Below, in pieces: positions 49,550-61,849 of a stretch of 64,000 nt of DNA. The position numbers and the translations under genes are program-made. Below the pieces are notes generated by a model that worked only from the letters and a program-made list of their open reading frames with translations, was not told the DNA's origin and did not search any database. How positions within the stretch are numbered: position 1 is the stretch's first letter; every line of letters begins with the position of its first letter. Location: assembly GCA_963665325.3 (NCBI GenBank), contig CAXXWS020000003.1, positions 640,001-704,000 of the forward strand. Direction: 5' to 3'. This DNA is from Alphaproteobacteria bacterium. GTDB lineage: Bacteria > Pseudomonadota > Alphaproteobacteria > Bin95.

Positions 49550-50335
49550 ATGACCGGACCTGCCGTTCTGGAGCGCCGCGAAGGCGCCATTGCCGTCGTG
49601 ACGCTGAACCGCCCGCAGGCGTTGAATGCGCTCGACCTGGAGATGCGGGACCTGCTGCCGCGTGTGCTGAACGCGCTGAACGACGACGATTCGGTGCGGG
49701 CGGCAGTGTTGACCGGCGCCGGCGAGCGCGCCTTTTCCGCCGGGCAGGACCTGAACGACTCCGCCGGCTTCGACGAGAAGACCGTGCAGGAACATTTCCT
49801 GCATCTGGGCGCGCTCTACCAGTCCGTGCGGGCGCTGGAAAAGCCCATCGTCGTGGCGCTCAACGGGCTCGCTGCCGGGTTCGGCCTCCAGACCGCGCTT
49901 CATGCCGATATCCGCATCGCCCATCCCGGGGTGCGCATGGGCCAGCCGGAGGTGCGCGCAGGCATTCCGAGCGTCGTCGGCCCCTTCATCATCGAGCGCG
50001 TTGTCGGCCATGCCCGCGCGGTCGAGCTTTCGCTCACCGGGCGGCTGCTGGACGCCGAGACCTGCCTCGCCTGGGGCCTGGTCAATGAGATCGTCCCGCC
50101 GGAGCGCGTAATGCCGCGGGCGATGGAACTTGCCGGGGAACTGGCGACCCTGCCGCCGCTCGCCGTCCGGCTGACCAAGCGCCGCCTGCTGGAACGCACG
50201 CAGTCCGGATACGACGAGACCGTGCAGGCCGCGATGCGCTTCCAGGAAGCCGCCTATCTCGACGGCGAGCCGCAGCGCGTCGCAGCCGCCTTTTTCGAGG
50301 AGCGGGCGCGAAGACGCAACAGGGGGAATGCGTGA
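49550..50335 (+). CDS. Enoyl-CoA hydratase/isomerase family protein
   Basis: LNRP..LNAL, AFSAGQDL and GQPEV. Confidence 0.88.
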   Translation: MTGPAVLERREGAIAVVTLNRPQALNALDLEMRDLLPRVLNALNDDDSVRAAVLTGAGERAFSAGQDLNDSAGFDEKTVQEHFLHLGALYQSVRALEKPIVVALNGLAAGFGLQTALHADIRIAHPGVRMGQPEVRAGIPSVVGPFIIERVVGHARAVELSLTGRLLDAETCLAWGLVNEIVPPERVMPRAMELAGELATLPPLAVRLTKRRLLERTQSGYDETVQAAMRFQEAAYLDGEPQRVAAAFFEERARRRNRGNA

Positions 50336-51150
50336 TGGGGAAGGGCCGGATCGGGACAGTCGAGCGGGACGGGGCGCGGACCGTCTATGAGGTGCATGGC
50401 GATGCGGATGGAGCCGCGCTGCTCTTCGGCCATGCGCAGATCCTCTCGCGCGCCCAGTACGCGCCGCAGATCGAAGCCTTCGCGGGCCGCTACCGGGTAA
50501 TCGCGCTGGACTTTCGCGGTCACGGCGCGAGCCCGGTCGGTCCTGCGTCCTACAGGATGGAAGACCTGGCGCTCGACGCGGTTGCGGTTTTGGACGCGGA
50601 GGGTATCGACCGGGCCCATTATCTGGGTTCCTCGCTGGGCGGCATGGTCGGTTTTGCGCTTGCCGTGGAACACGCGTCGCGCCTGGCGAGCGTGACCTTC
50701 CTCGCAACCCAGGGCGTGCTGCCGGCCGCCAATGGCGAGCGGATTCGAAGGACCGCCGCCCGCATCGCCGCAGAGGGCGACAGCATGGCGCCGGCCGCCG
50801 AGGAAATCATGGCCCGCTACACGACCGAAGCCTGGCGCACCGACAACCCGGCCAGCCATGCACGGCTGATCGAAATCGCTTCCGCCAACCCGCTCGCGGG
50901 TTATGTCCATTCGGGCGGCGCCATCATGGACATGGACTTTGACGGTCGGCTCGGCGAGATCGAGGTGCCCACGCTGGTCGTTGCGGGCGAGCACGACGTG
51001 CCGACCCCGCCAGAACGGATGGCGCTCTACCGCGACGAAATCCGGGGCGCGGAAATGGCGGTGATCGAGGGCGCGGGCCACTTCCCCAATTGGGACCGGG
51101 CCGAGGCGTTCAACCGCGTCTATGCGGAGTTCCTGAACCGGGCCGGTTGA
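50332..51150 (+). CDS. Alpha/beta hydrolase (PcaD-like)
   Basis: DFRGHGAS, GSSLGGMVG, GEHD and GAGHF. Confidence 0.85.
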   Translation: MMGKGRIGTVERDGARTVYEVHGDADGAALLFGHAQILSRAQYAPQIEAFAGRYRVIALDFRGHGASPVGPASYRMEDLALDAVAVLDAEGIDRAHYLGSSLGGMVGFALAVEHASRLASVTFLATQGVLPAANGERIRRTAARIAAEGDSMAPAAEEIMARYTTEAWRTDNPASHARLIEIASANPLAGYVHSGGAIMDMDFDGRLGEIEVPTLVVAGEHDVPTPPERMALYRDEIRGAEMAVIEGAGHFPNWDRAEAFNRVYAEFLNRAG

Positions 51151-51284
51151 CGGCCCCGGCGGTGGACTCCTTTCGCGCGGCTTGCTAGAGCGTTGCCGCT
51201 ATGGACGGAACCGTTCCTGTCTCATTCTTTGCCGGCTGCGGCGGCTCGCCGTCCCCCGCGAATACCCCATAGGCGCGGGCCCTC

Positions 51285-52274
51285 ATGCCGACTGCGCAGA
51301 AACCGCTCGTCATCGTCACGCGCAAGCTCCCCGACGCGGTGGAAACCCGCATGATGGAGCTGTTCCGCACCGAACTGAACGACAGCGACCGGCAGATGGA
51401 CCGGGAGGAGCTGTTCGAAGCCATGGGCCGGGCGGACGCGCTGGTGCCGACGGTGACCGACCGGATCGACGCAGAGTGCCTGGAGGCCGCCGGCCCGCAG
51501 CTCAAATTGCTCGCGAGCTTCGGCGCAGGCGTGGACCATATCGACCTGGCGGCCGCGCACGAACGGGGCATTGCGGTCACCAACACGCCCGGCGTGCTGA
51601 CCGGCGATACGGCCGACATGACGATGGCGCTGATCCTGTCGGTTTCGCGCCGGCTCGCGGAGGGGGAGCGCCTGGTGCGGACCGGCGGCTGGGTCGGCTG
51701 GGCGCCGACCGCGCTTCTCGGCCACCGGATTTACGGCAAGCGGCTCGGCATTGTCGGCATGGGCCGGATCGGGGCTGCGGTTGCGCGGCGCGCCCGCGGC
51801 TTCGGCATTTCGATCCACTACCATAACCGCCGTCGCACGGACCCGGATATCGAGGCCGAACTGGAGGCCACCTACTGGGAGAGCCTCGACCAGATGCTGG
51901 CGCGCATGGATATCGTGTCGATCAACTGCCCGCGCACGCCGGCGACCTACCACCTGCTGTCGCGCCGCCGCCTCGCGCTGATGAAGCCGCACGCCTATAT
52001 CGTCAACACTTCGCGCGGCGAGGTGATCGACGAACCGGCGCTGGTGGACGCCCTGCTTGCCGGCAAGCTCGCCGGCGCGGCCCTGGACGTGTTCGAGCGC
52101 GAGCCCGCCATCGACCCGAAGCTGCGCGACCTCGACAATGTGGTGCTGCTGCCGCACATGGGCTCGGCCACGCTGGAAGGCCGCCTGGAGATGGGCGAGC
52201 GGGTGATCGTCAACATCAAGGCCTTCGTGGACGGCCACCAGCCGCCGGACCGCGTGCTGGAACAGTTCTTCTGA
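51285..52274 (+). CDS. D-isomer 2-hydroxyacid dehydrogenase (glyoxylate/D-glycerate reductase)
   Basis: VTNTPGVLT, GMGRIG, NTSRG, LDVFEREP and LPHMGSAT. Confidence 0.92.
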   Translation: MPTAQKPLVIVTRKLPDAVETRMMELFRTELNDSDRQMDREELFEAMGRADALVPTVTDRIDAECLEAAGPQLKLLASFGAGVDHIDLAAAHERGIAVTNTPGVLTGDTADMTMALILSVSRRLAEGERLVRTGGWVGWAPTALLGHRIYGKRLGIVGMGRIGAAVARRARGFGISIHYHNRRRTDPDIEAELEATYWESLDQMLARMDIVSINCPRTPATYHLLSRRRLALMKPHAYIVNTSRGEVIDEPALVDALLAGKLAGAALDVFEREPAIDPKLRDLDNVVLLPHMGSATLEGRLEMGERVIVNIKAFVDGHQPPDRVLEQFF

Positions 52275-52302
52275 GGCGGCGCGGCCGGGACGCCGCCAGG
52301 CG

Positions 52303-52623
52303 CTACTCCGCCATGACCTGCGCCTTGGCCTCCTGGAGCAGTTCGTCCATGCGGTTGCGCAGGCGCCGGGCGTCGGTCTCTATGCCCTGCGCCTCGAGAT
52401 CGGCCAGCACCTTCTCCAGCACATCCTCGTCGCCGGGACGCTCGAAATCGGACTCAACCACGGTGCGGCTGTATGCTTTCAGGTCCTCGCCTTCGAGCCC
52501 CCATTGGGCGCCCGCCCACTCGCCGAACAGCCGGTTGCGCCGGGCCTGCACCTTGAAGCGCAACTCCTCGTCGTGGCTGTATTTGGTCTCGAACTGCTTT
52601 TCGCGGTCTGCGAAGGTCGCCAT
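52303..52623 (-). CDS. DUF1476 protein (zeta subunit, F1Fo-ATPase inhibitor)
   Basis: TFADREKQFETKY.HDEELRFK..ARRN.L.G.W and DF..PGDEDV. Confidence 0.9.
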   Translation of the reverse strand: MATFADREKQFETKYSHDEELRFKVQARRNRLFGEWAGAQWGLEGEDLKAYSRTVVESDFERPGDEDVLEKVLADLEAQGIETDARRLRNRMDELLQEAKAQVMAE

Positions 52624-52703
52624 GCGGGTCGTCCCCCTGCTGCTTGGTCGGGCGGGTTGCGGGCGATATATAGCCAGTCTCGCCTCGGAATTGCATAGCC
52701 TCC

Positions 52704-53453
52704 ATGTGTACTGTCGTCCTGCTCCGCAGGCCCGGCCATGCCTGGCCCGCGATTATCGCCGCGAATCGCGACGAAGCGGTGAACCGCCCCTGGCGGCCGC
52801 CGGCCCGCCACTGGCCTGACCGGCCGGGCGTGCTCGCCGGCCTCGACGAGGAGGCAGGCGGCAGCTGGATGGGGCTGAACGAGGCGGGCGTCATGGCGGC
52901 CATCCTCAACCGGCGCGGTTCGCTCGGCCCCGCCACCGGCAAGCGCACGCGCGGCGCGCTGGTGCTGGAGGCGCTCGACCACGACACTGCCGGCGCGGCG
53001 GCAGCGGCCATGGCGCAGGTGGACGGAAGCGCCTATCGCAGCTTCAACATGCTCATCGCCGACCGGGAAGACGCCTTTTGGATCCGGCATGCGGGCGGGC
53101 GCGGCGTATCGGCGCAGCCTGTCGGCGCCGGCCTGTCCATGCTGACCGCATGGGACCTCAACGACCGCATAAACTCCGACCGCACCGATTGTTACCTGCC
53201 CCGCTTCGAGGCCGCTCGTCCCCCGGACCCGCATGCCCCGGACGGCTGGACGGATTGGGAGACACTGCTCGCTTCTGAGGAAACCGCGCCCGGCGTTTTC
53301 GATCCCAACGGCGCCATGCATGTGCGCACCGACTGGGGCTTCGGCACGGTCTCGCGCGCCCTGCTCGCCCTCCCGGCGGACGGAAATACCGCGCCGGTCT
53401 GGCGTTTCGCCAGCACCTGGCCTGAAACCGGCGGTTACGTGGAGCTTCATTGA
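52704..53453 (+). CDS. NRDE/TANGO2 family protein
   Basis: Begins MCT, followed by AANRDE, GGSWMG.N and RG.LV. Confidence 0.9.
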   Translation: MCTVVLLRRPGHAWPAIIAANRDEAVNRPWRPPARHWPDRPGVLAGLDEEAGGSWMGLNEAGVMAAILNRRGSLGPATGKRTRGALVLEALDHDTAGAAAAAMAQVDGSAYRSFNMLIADREDAFWIRHAGGRGVSAQPVGAGLSMLTAWDLNDRINSDRTDCYLPRFEAARPPDPHAPDGWTDWETLLASEETAPGVFDPNGAMHVRTDWGFGTVSRALLALPADGNTAPVWRFASTWPETGGYVELH

Positions 53454-53545
53454 GAATAGGCGCCGGGCTTGCTATATCGGATTCGGCGACCCGCAGGCCC
53501 GGCGCTTTGCCGGTCTTCCGTCGGGGCGGCACTCGGTGAACATCC

Positions 53546-54304
53546 ATGGCAAGACGTAAACGCATCTACGAAGGCAAGGCCAAAGTTCTTTACGAAGGCC
53601 CCGAGCCCGGAACGCTCGTCCAGTATTTCAAGGACGATGCGACTGCCTTCAACAACCGCAAGAAAGCCACGATCTCCGGCAAGGGGGTACTCAACAACCG
53701 CATTTCCGAATATCTGATGGTCCGGCTCCAGGAGATGGGCATCCCGACCCATTTCGTGCGCCGGCTGAACATGCGCGAGCAGCTGATCCGCGAGGTCGAG
53801 ATCATCCCGGTCGAGGTGGTTGTGCGGAACATCGCCGCCGGATCGCTGGCCAAGCGCTTCAAGATCGACGAGGGCACGCCGCTGCCGAGGTCCATCGTCG
53901 AGTATTATTTCAAGAACGACGAGCTCGACGACCCGATGGTCACGGAGGAGCACATCACCGCCTTCGGCTGGGCCTCGCCGCAGGACCTCGACGACATTTT
54001 CAACCTGGCGCTCAGGGTCAACGACTATCTGAGCGGGCTGTTCCTGGGCGCGGGCCTCCGTCTGGTCGATTTCAAGGTGGAGTTCGGGCGCCTCTACACC
54101 CAGGAGGATGTGCGGATCGTCCTGGCCGACGAGATCAGCCCGGACAGTTGCCGGCTCTGGGACCTGCAGACGAACGAGGTGCTCGACAAGGACCGGTTCC
54201 GCCGCGATATGGGCGATGTCGCGGAGGCTTATCGCGAGGTAGCCCGGCGCCTCGGCATCCTGCAGGAAAACAACGTCGAACCCTTGCCGAAGGCGAGCGC
54301 GTGA
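53546..54304 (+). CDS. purC: SAICAR synthase
   Basis: [36 protein letters not shown] and DKDRFR. Confidence 0.98.
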   Translation: MARRKRIYEGKAKVLYEGPEPGTLVQYFKDDATAFNNRKKATISGKGVLNNRISEYLMVRLQEMGIPTHFVRRLNMREQLIREVEIIPVEVVVRNIAAGSLAKRFKIDEGTPLPRSIVEYYFKNDELDDPMVTEEHITAFGWASPQDLDDIFNLALRVNDYLSGLFLGAGLRLVDFKVEFGRLYTQEDVRIVLADEISPDSCRLWDLQTNEVLDKDRFRRDMGDVAEAYREVARRLGILQENNVEPLPKASA

Positions 54305-54540
54305 AGGCTCGGGTGCTGGTCATGCCCCGCGCCGGCGTGCTGGACCCGCAGGGCAAGGCGGTTGCGCAGGCGCTGGCGGGGCTGGGCTTCGCGGGTGTGG
54401 AGGCGGCGCGGCAGGGCAAGGTGCTCGAGCTGGAGCTTGCGGAAACCGATCCGGCCGCGGCCGAGGCTGCGCTTGCGTCCATGTGCGAACGCCTGCTCGC
54501 CAACCCGGTTATCGAGGATTACACGATCGAGATCGCATGA
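54301..54540 (+). CDS. purS: FGAM synthase subunit PurS
   Basis: VLDPQG, RQGK and [10 protein letters not shown]; GTG start overlaps purC stop. Confidence 0.95.
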   Translation: MKARVLVMPRAGVLDPQGKAVAQALAGLGFAGVEAARQGKVLELELAETDPAAAEAALASMCERLLANPVIEDYTIEIA

Positions 54541-55186
54541 AGGCGGTCGTCATCGTCTTTCCTGGGTCGAATTGCGATCGTGACGCCCGGGTCGCGCTCG
54601 AAGCGGCGGCGGGCCGCCCTCCGGCGATGGTGTGGCACGGCGACCCGGAACTGCCGCCGGCCGACCTGGTGGTGCTGCCGGGCGGCTTTTCCTATGGCGA
54701 CTATCTGCGCCCCGGCGCCATGGCCGCGCGTTCGCCGGTGATGCAGGCTGTCATCCGGGCCGCGAAGCGCGGCGTGCGGGTGCTCGGCATCTGCAACGGC
54801 TTCCAGGTTCTGACCGAATGCGGCCTCCTGCCGGGGGCGCTGTTGCGCAATGCCGGGCTCCGCTTCGTCTGCCGGCCGGCGCGCCTCCGCGTCGAGACCT
54901 CCGACAGCCCGTTCACCGGCGGCTACAGACCGGGCGACGCGCTGCAAATGCCGGTCGCGCACCATGACGGCAATTATTTCGCCGACGCGGCTGCGCTCGA
55001 CCGGCTGGCCGGCGAGGATCGCATCGCGTTCCGCTATCTCGACAACCCGAACGGCTCGGCCGGAGACATTGCCGGCATCCTGAACGAAGGCCGCAACGTG
55101 CTCGGCATGATGCCGCACCCGGAACGCGCCGCAGATGCGCTCCTCGGCGGCACGGACGGCCGGGCGATGTTCGACGCACTCGCCGC

Positions 55187-55190
<4 letters not shown>
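54537..55190 (+). CDS. purQ: FGAM synthase subunit PurQ
   Basis: [27 protein letters not shown] and MMPHPER. Confidence 0.97.
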
Positions 55191-57355
<2,165 letters not shown>

Positions 57356-57367
57356 GGGACGCAGCGC

Positions 57368-57607
57368 ATGCCTATGCAGGCGGAAGAAATCGAGCGCCTG
57401 ATTCGCGAGGCACTGCCCGATGCCGAGGTCACGATCGAGGATCTCGCGGGCGACGGCGACCATTACGCCGCCCGCGTCGTGTCGGAAGCGTTCCGGGGCA
57501 AGCCCCGCGTGCAGCAGCACCAGATCGTTTACAGGGCCTTGCAGGGCCGGATGGGGGGCGAGTTGCACGCGCTTGCGCTGCGCACCGCCGCTCCGGAAAC
57601 TTCTTGA
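57368..57607 (+). CDS. bolA: BolA family protein
   Basis: GDGDHY, F.GK.RVQQHQ and LHALAL. Confidence 0.93.
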   Translation: MPMQAEEIERLIREALPDAEVTIEDLAGDGDHYAARVVSEAFRGKPRVQQHQIVYRALQGRMGGELHALALRTAAPETS

Positions 57608-57624
57608 AAACCGGGAGAACACCG

Positions 57625-57963
57625 ATGAGCGACGCAATCGCAAGCATCCAGGAAACCGTCAACGGCAACGATGTCGTGCTGTTCATGAAGGGCACGCCCG
57701 TCTTTCCGCAATGCGGCTTCTCCTCGGTGGTCGCCGGCGTGCTGAACCATATGGGCGTCAAATACCATTCGGTGAACGTGCTGGAGGACATGGGCGTCCG
57801 CCAGGGCATCAAGGAGTTCGCTGGCTGGCCGACCATCCCGCAGCTCTATGTGAAGGGCGAGTTCGTCGGCGGCTGCGACATCATCCGCGAAATGTGGGAT
57901 GCCGGCGAGTTGCAGGGCTATCTGAACGAGCAGGGCGTCGAAACGCCCGGCATGGCGGCCTGA
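57625..57963 (+). CDS. grxD: Monothiol glutaredoxin Grx4
   Basis: [20 protein letters not shown] and GGCDI. Confidence 0.96.
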   Translation: MSDAIASIQETVNGNDVVLFMKGTPVFPQCGFSSVVAGVLNHMGVKYHSVNVLEDMGVRQGIKEFAGWPTIPQLYVKGEFVGGCDIIREMWDAGELQGYLNEQGVETPGMAA

Positions 57964-57991
57964 CAACTGCGTTTCCCGGCCCCCGCCGGGT

Positions 57992-58933
57992 TCACGCCTC
58001 GCCGCGAAGCGCCGCAGAGACCACGGCTTTCGCTGCGGCCGGATAGCCATTTGCCGTGACGGTCAGGTCGTCGCGCAGGATCTTGTGGAACGCCGGCAGC
58101 TTGTGGAACGGCACCGTGGGATGGACATGGTGCTCGACATGGTAGGGCATGTTCCACGCAACGAAGCGCACCAGCGCATTGGTGAAGGTCGTGCGGGTGT
58201 TCCGGAGCATTTCGGGCACATGCGGGCAGCCCGTGTGCTCGGCGAGCAGGTAGAGGCGCAGGAAGGGTTGTCCCAGCATGAGCGGCAGCAGCCATAGCCA
58301 CAGCAGGGCGGTCGTATCGAAATGGACCGAGAGCGCCGCCGCTGCCGCGTAGAAGACCAGCAACCACCGGGCTTCGCGCACCACCGCGCGCCGCCCCGAC
58401 GGCGGAACGAAAGCGTCGCGGTTCCGGCCTGCCGCATTGACGAACAGCATCCGCCCCTCCCGGGCCCAGTAGGATCCGCCCGCTATATGCCAGGCGAGGC
58501 CAGGCTTCGACCGGGGCACCGGCCGCGCCAGCTCCGGGTCGTGCGCCGGGTCGTGGGTATGGCGGTGATGCGCCAGATGGAAATGGCGGAACCAGACCGA
58601 CGGCAGGAAAACGAGGAACCCGATTATCCGTGCCGCCGCGCCGTTCAGCCAGGTGCTGCGGAACGGCGTCCCGTGCACGGCCTCGTGGAGCAGGCAGAAC
58701 AGGAAGGCCAGCAGGATGCCGTGGGGCAGCAGCAGGAGCGGCCAGCCGGGCACTTCCAGCGCAATAAGCGATCCCGTGGCGCCGAGCGCCGTCAGATGGC
58801 CTGCAAGATGGACGAGGCCCTTGCGGTCGGAGCGTTGCAGGAGCCTCTGCCGCTCGTCGCCGCTCATGCGGGCCAGAATCGTACGGCGATCCGGAACCTG
58901 GCCCGACGGCCGCGAAGGATCCAGCGCCTGCAT
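57992..58933 (-). CDS. Fatty acid desaturase-like membrane diiron protein
   Basis: His boxes HEAVH, HLAHH, AEH and YHVEHH. Confidence 0.87.
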   Translation of the reverse strand: MQALDPSRPSGQVPDRRTILARMSGDERQRLLQRSDRKGLVHLAGHLTALGATGSLIALEVPGWPLLLLPHGILLAFLFCLLHEAVHGTPFRSTWLNGAAARIIGFLVFLPSVWFRHFHLAHHRHTHDPAHDPELARPVPRSKPGLAWHIAGGSYWAREGRMLFVNAAGRNRDAFVPPSGRRAVVREARWLLVFYAAAAALSVHFDTTALLWLWLLPLMLGQPFLRLYLLAEHTGCPHVPEMLRNTRTTFTNALVRFVAWNMPYHVEHHVHPTVPFHKLPAFHKILRDDLTVTANGYPAAAKAVVSAALRGEA

Positions 58934-58935
58934 CG

Positions 58936-59550
58936 CTACCGGGAGTAGAACTCCACCACCAGATGCGGCTCCATGCTCACGGCGAAGGGCACGTCGGCAA
59001 GACCGGGACCGCGCTGGAAGGTGCCTTTCAACTCGTTGAAATCCACCGCGAGATAGTCCGGCACGTCGCGCTCGGCCGATTCGATGGCCTCCAGCACCAG
59101 CGCCATGTTGCGCGATTTCTGCTTCACCTCGATCGTGTCGCCGTCGCGCACCCTGTAGGAGGGGATGTTGAGCCGCCGCCCGTTCACCCGGACATGGCCG
59201 TGGTTCACGAACTGGCGCGCGGCGAAGATCGTCGGCACGAATTTCATCCGGTAAACGACGGCGTCGAGGCGGCGCTCCAGCAGCTCGATCAGGTTCTCGC
59301 CCGTGTCGCCGCGCCGGCGCACCGCCTCGTGGTAGAGGCGGCGGAACTGCTTTTCGGAAATGTCGCCGTAATGGCCTTTGAGCCGCTGCTTGGCGCGCAG
59401 CTGGAGGCCGAAATCGGTGGGCTTGCGCCGCCGCTGCCCGTGCTGGCCGGGCCCGTATTCCCGGCGGTTGTAGGGGCTTTTGGGCCGCCCCCAGAGATTG
59501 ACGCCGAGGCGCCGGTCGATCTTGTGTTTAGCGCTTTCGCGTTTTGCCAT
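58936..59550 (-). CDS. rpsD: 30S ribosomal protein S4
   Basis: [32 protein letters not shown] and VEFYSR. Confidence 0.98.
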   Translation of the reverse strand: MAKRESAKHKIDRRLGVNLWGRPKSPYNRREYGPGQHGQRRRKPTDFGLQLRAKQRLKGHYGDISEKQFRRLYHEAVRRRGDTGENLIELLERRLDAVVYRMKFVPTIFAARQFVNHGHVRVNGRRLNIPSYRVRDGDTIEVKQKSRNMALVLEAIESAERDVPDYLAVDFNELKGTFQRGPGLADVPFAVSMEPHLVVEFYSR

Positions 59551-59694
59551 GGCTTTTTGCCGCTCGCTTTCGCGTTTCTTTTTGTCCCGATAGGTCCAGA
59601 CACGAATGCAAGGACGGGGCGCAGCGCCCGCGTTCTCGGGAATGGCGCGGGTTATAGCGCCGCCGGGGCCATTGTCAAACCGGGGCGGGCCTAC

Positions 59695-60555
59695 TTATTC
59701 GGGCGGCTTGCCTCCCGGCCATACCGGGCTCCCGGCGAGGTCCGGCCATCCGATAGGCGCGCGGCAGCCTTCCGCCGCTGCGGCGGGGTCGAGCGCCGCA
59801 TCCCAGTTTCCCGCGACATAACGGTGCCCGTTCCAGGCGCCTCCCTCATCGGAGCACAGCCACAGCACCGGCGGCACCATCGCCGAGGGCCGGACCATCG
59901 CCGCGCGGTCGATGCCGGACTCTTCGGGCACCATCGGGGTATCCGTCGGGCCGCCGGGGACAACGACATTCACGGTCACCCCACTGTCGCCGAATTCCGT
60001 GGCATGGCCGGCGGACATCGCCTCGAAGCCGGCTTTCACGGGTCCGTAGGGATGGAACTTCCCGCGCAGCATGGTGAAGAAGCTGGTGGTGACATTGACG
60101 ATGCGCCCCCATCTCCGGTCGAGCATCCCCCCGACCGAGGCGCGGGTCATGTACCACGCCCCGGACAGGTTCACCGCGACGAACCGGTCCCAGACCTCGG
60201 GGTCTATCTCGTGGATTTCGACCAGGTTCGTCATGTGGTCTGCCCGGATGACGCCCATACCCAGCGCACCGTTATTGACGAGGATATCCGGCCCGCCCAG
60301 GCGTTCCCGCACCCGCCCGACCGCCGCCTCGCACTCGGCGCAGCTCGAAATGTCCACCCGCGCCGTAATCAGCCGGCCGGCGGAGGCGTCCGCCTCGTGC
60401 CCCGCCGCAAGCCCGGCGAGCCGCTCCTCGTCGATGTCGAGCGCCGCCACCTTCGCACCCGCGCCCAGCAGTCCGGACACGAATTCCTGCCCGATCCCCC
60501 CGGCCGCCCCGGTCACGATGGCGACCCTGCCTTCGAGTTCCCCGGTCATCTGCAT
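59695..60555 (-). CDS. SDR family oxidoreductase
   Basis: VTGAAGGIG, LVNNG and YGPVK (YxxxK). Start inferred at ATG 60555. Confidence 0.88.
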   Translation of the reverse strand: MQMTGELEGRVAIVTGAAGGIGQEFVSGLLGAGAKVAALDIDEERLAGLAAGHEADASAGRLITARVDISSCAECEAAVGRVRERLGGPDILVNNGALGMGVIRADHMTNLVEIHEIDPEVWDRFVAVNLSGAWYMTRASVGGMLDRRWGRIVNVTTSFFTMLRGKFHPYGPVKAGFEAMSAGHATEFGDSGVTVNVVVPGGPTDTPMVPEESGIDRAAMVRPSAMVPPVLWLCSDEGGAWNGHRYVAGNWDAALDPAAAAEGCRAPIGWPDLAGSPVWPGGKPPE

Positions 60556-60719
60556 TCTCCCGTCTCGAAATCGTCGCGGCACTGTATTCCCCATCGTCCC
60601 GGAGTGCAGCCGGGAAAGCGCTCCGGACCCGATACCTTCGCCGATCATTGTCTGGGTTTCCGGCAGCGTCCACACTCGCCGCAGAGCGAGGACGGCCGGG
60701 CAGTATCGGGAAGAGTCGA

Positions 60720-61373
60720 ATGACGGAAGAAAGCAGTCCTGCGCCCCCGTCCCGGGCCGGCGCGGTTCAGCGGTGGCGGGAAGGGCTGGCCGCGCTTGCG
60801 GAGCGGGACGGGCGCATCCGGGCGGCGCTGGCCGAGGTCGGGACGCCGCCGATGGCGCTCCGGGGTGCCGGCTTTGCGGCGCTGCTCAGGGCGATTGCGG
60901 CGCAGCAGGTCTCGGCCGCCTCGGCGCGGGCGATCTGGGGGCGGCTGGAGGCAGCGGCCGGCGGCAGGGTTACGCCCGGGACGGTGCTGGCGCTCGGGCC
61001 GGAGGGGCTTCGCGCCGCCGGGCTCTCGTGGCCCAAGGCGGGTTATGCGCTCGCCATCGCCGGTGAGCTTGCGTCCCGGCGCGTCTCGCTCCGGCGCATC
61101 GCGCGGATGCCGGACGAAGAGGCCATCGCCGCACTTTCGGCGCTCAAGGGCATCGGGCGCTGGACGGCGGAAGTCTGGCTGCTGTTCGCGGCAGGCCGCC
61201 CCGACATCTGGCCGGCTGGCGACCTCGCGCTATGCGCCGCCCTGCAAAGGACTCTCGGCCTCGATGCCCGCCCCACGCCGCAGCAGGCCGCGCGGCTCAC
61301 GGAAATCTGGTCGCCCCACCGCAGCGCCGCCGCCATCCTGCACTGGCACATCTACCGCACCTCACCCTCCTGA
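60720..61373 (+). CDS. alkA: DNA-3-methyladenine glycosylase II (AlkA family)
   Basis: QQVS, HhH motif LKGIGRWTA, PAGDL and WSPHRS. Confidence 0.88.
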   Translation: MTEESSPAPPSRAGAVQRWREGLAALAERDGRIRAALAEVGTPPMALRGAGFAALLRAIAAQQVSAASARAIWGRLEAAAGGRVTPGTVLALGPEGLRAAGLSWPKAGYALAIAGELASRRVSLRRIARMPDEEAIAALSALKGIGRWTAEVWLLFAAGRPDIWPAGDLALCAALQRTLGLDARPTPQQAARLTEIWSPHRSAAAILHWHIYRTSPS

Positions 61374-61462
61374 GCGCGCTTGCGGGACGCCCGGATCGTC
61401 ATTCCGATACCGCGCCATCCAGGGCTGCAAGGCCTGGCGGCGCTGTCCCGGAACGGTCATTG

Positions 61463-61548
61463 CTATGTGAAATAGTTATGGTTGATAGAGGTAATCGGTA
61501 TTGGTTCTTATAGGAAGCCTTCGCCAATCTGTAGATGTCCGGTTCGGA
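61463..61548 (+). promoter_or_regulatory. Conserved promoter-like block, copy B (homologous to 11387-11472)
   Basis: AT-rich; TTGGTT-N18-CAATCT, then GTCCGGTTCGGA; 58/86 identical to copy A. Confidence 0.6.
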
Positions 61549-61608
61549 GTTCACCGGTGCCGGGCAAACGGTTCGAAGGTGACGGCGGAACGCCGCAGAG
61601 AGGCAAAA

Positions 61609-61785
61609 ATGGAAGTTCGACAAGAAGCAGCGAGCCTCGACAGGAATGCCGAAGAGCGCAAGCGGCGGCGCCGGGCCCTGGCGGTCTTGGGGATGGCGCT
61701 GGCCGTGCTGGTCGTGGCGGTCTTCGCGACCTCGGTCGACCCGGCCCCGGCCCAGGCCTGCTTCCTTGGCATCCCCTGCTGGTAA
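61609..61785 (+). CDS. 58-aa putative secreted peptide precursor (signal peptide plus CFLGIPCW)
   Basis: AGAGG SD 5 nt before ATG; basic RKRRRR, hydrophobic ALAVLGMALAVLVVAVFA, PAPAQA cleavage site, then 8-aa two-Cys tail. Flanked by its own promoter-like block and terminator. Confidence 0.65.
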   Translation: MEVRQEAASLDRNAEERKRRRRALAVLGMALAVLVVAVFATSVDPAPAQACFLGIPCW

Positions 61786-61849
61786 CAGTTTCCTCCCCTG
61801 CTACCGGCAACGCAGCCGGCGGGCCCCCACCCGCCGGCTGCTCTCTTTT
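61779..61849 (+). ncRNA. Cuckoo-like two-hairpin 3' module/terminator (copy B)
   Basis: CTGGTAACAG-TTTCCTCCC-CTGCTACCGG hairpin, then 12-bp stem GCAGCCGGCGGG/CCCGCCGGCTGC (61812-61841) and TCTCTTTT. Confidence 0.55.

Noticed and set aside
47798-50707. 969-aa minus-strand ORF and similar long shadow ORFs (e.g. 34542-36839, 55460-57643, 13791-15638)
   Set aside because: Antisense to well-recognised genes; expected from high-GC codon bias, with no motifs.
61560-61600. tRNA fragment suggested by GGTTCGAA
   Set aside because: No T-stem pairing or cloverleaf can be built around it.
61501-61608. 94-aa extended version of the peptide ORF (TTG start)
   Set aside because: The TTG lies inside the conserved promoter-like block, whereas ATG 61609 has an SD and gives a coherent signal peptide.
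61609-61785. Lipoprotein interpretation of AQA-C
   Set aside because: A-Q-A-C does not fit the [LVI][ASTVI][GAS]C lipobox, and the Cys is separated from the h-region by a polar, Pro-rich linker. SPase I is favoured but unproven.
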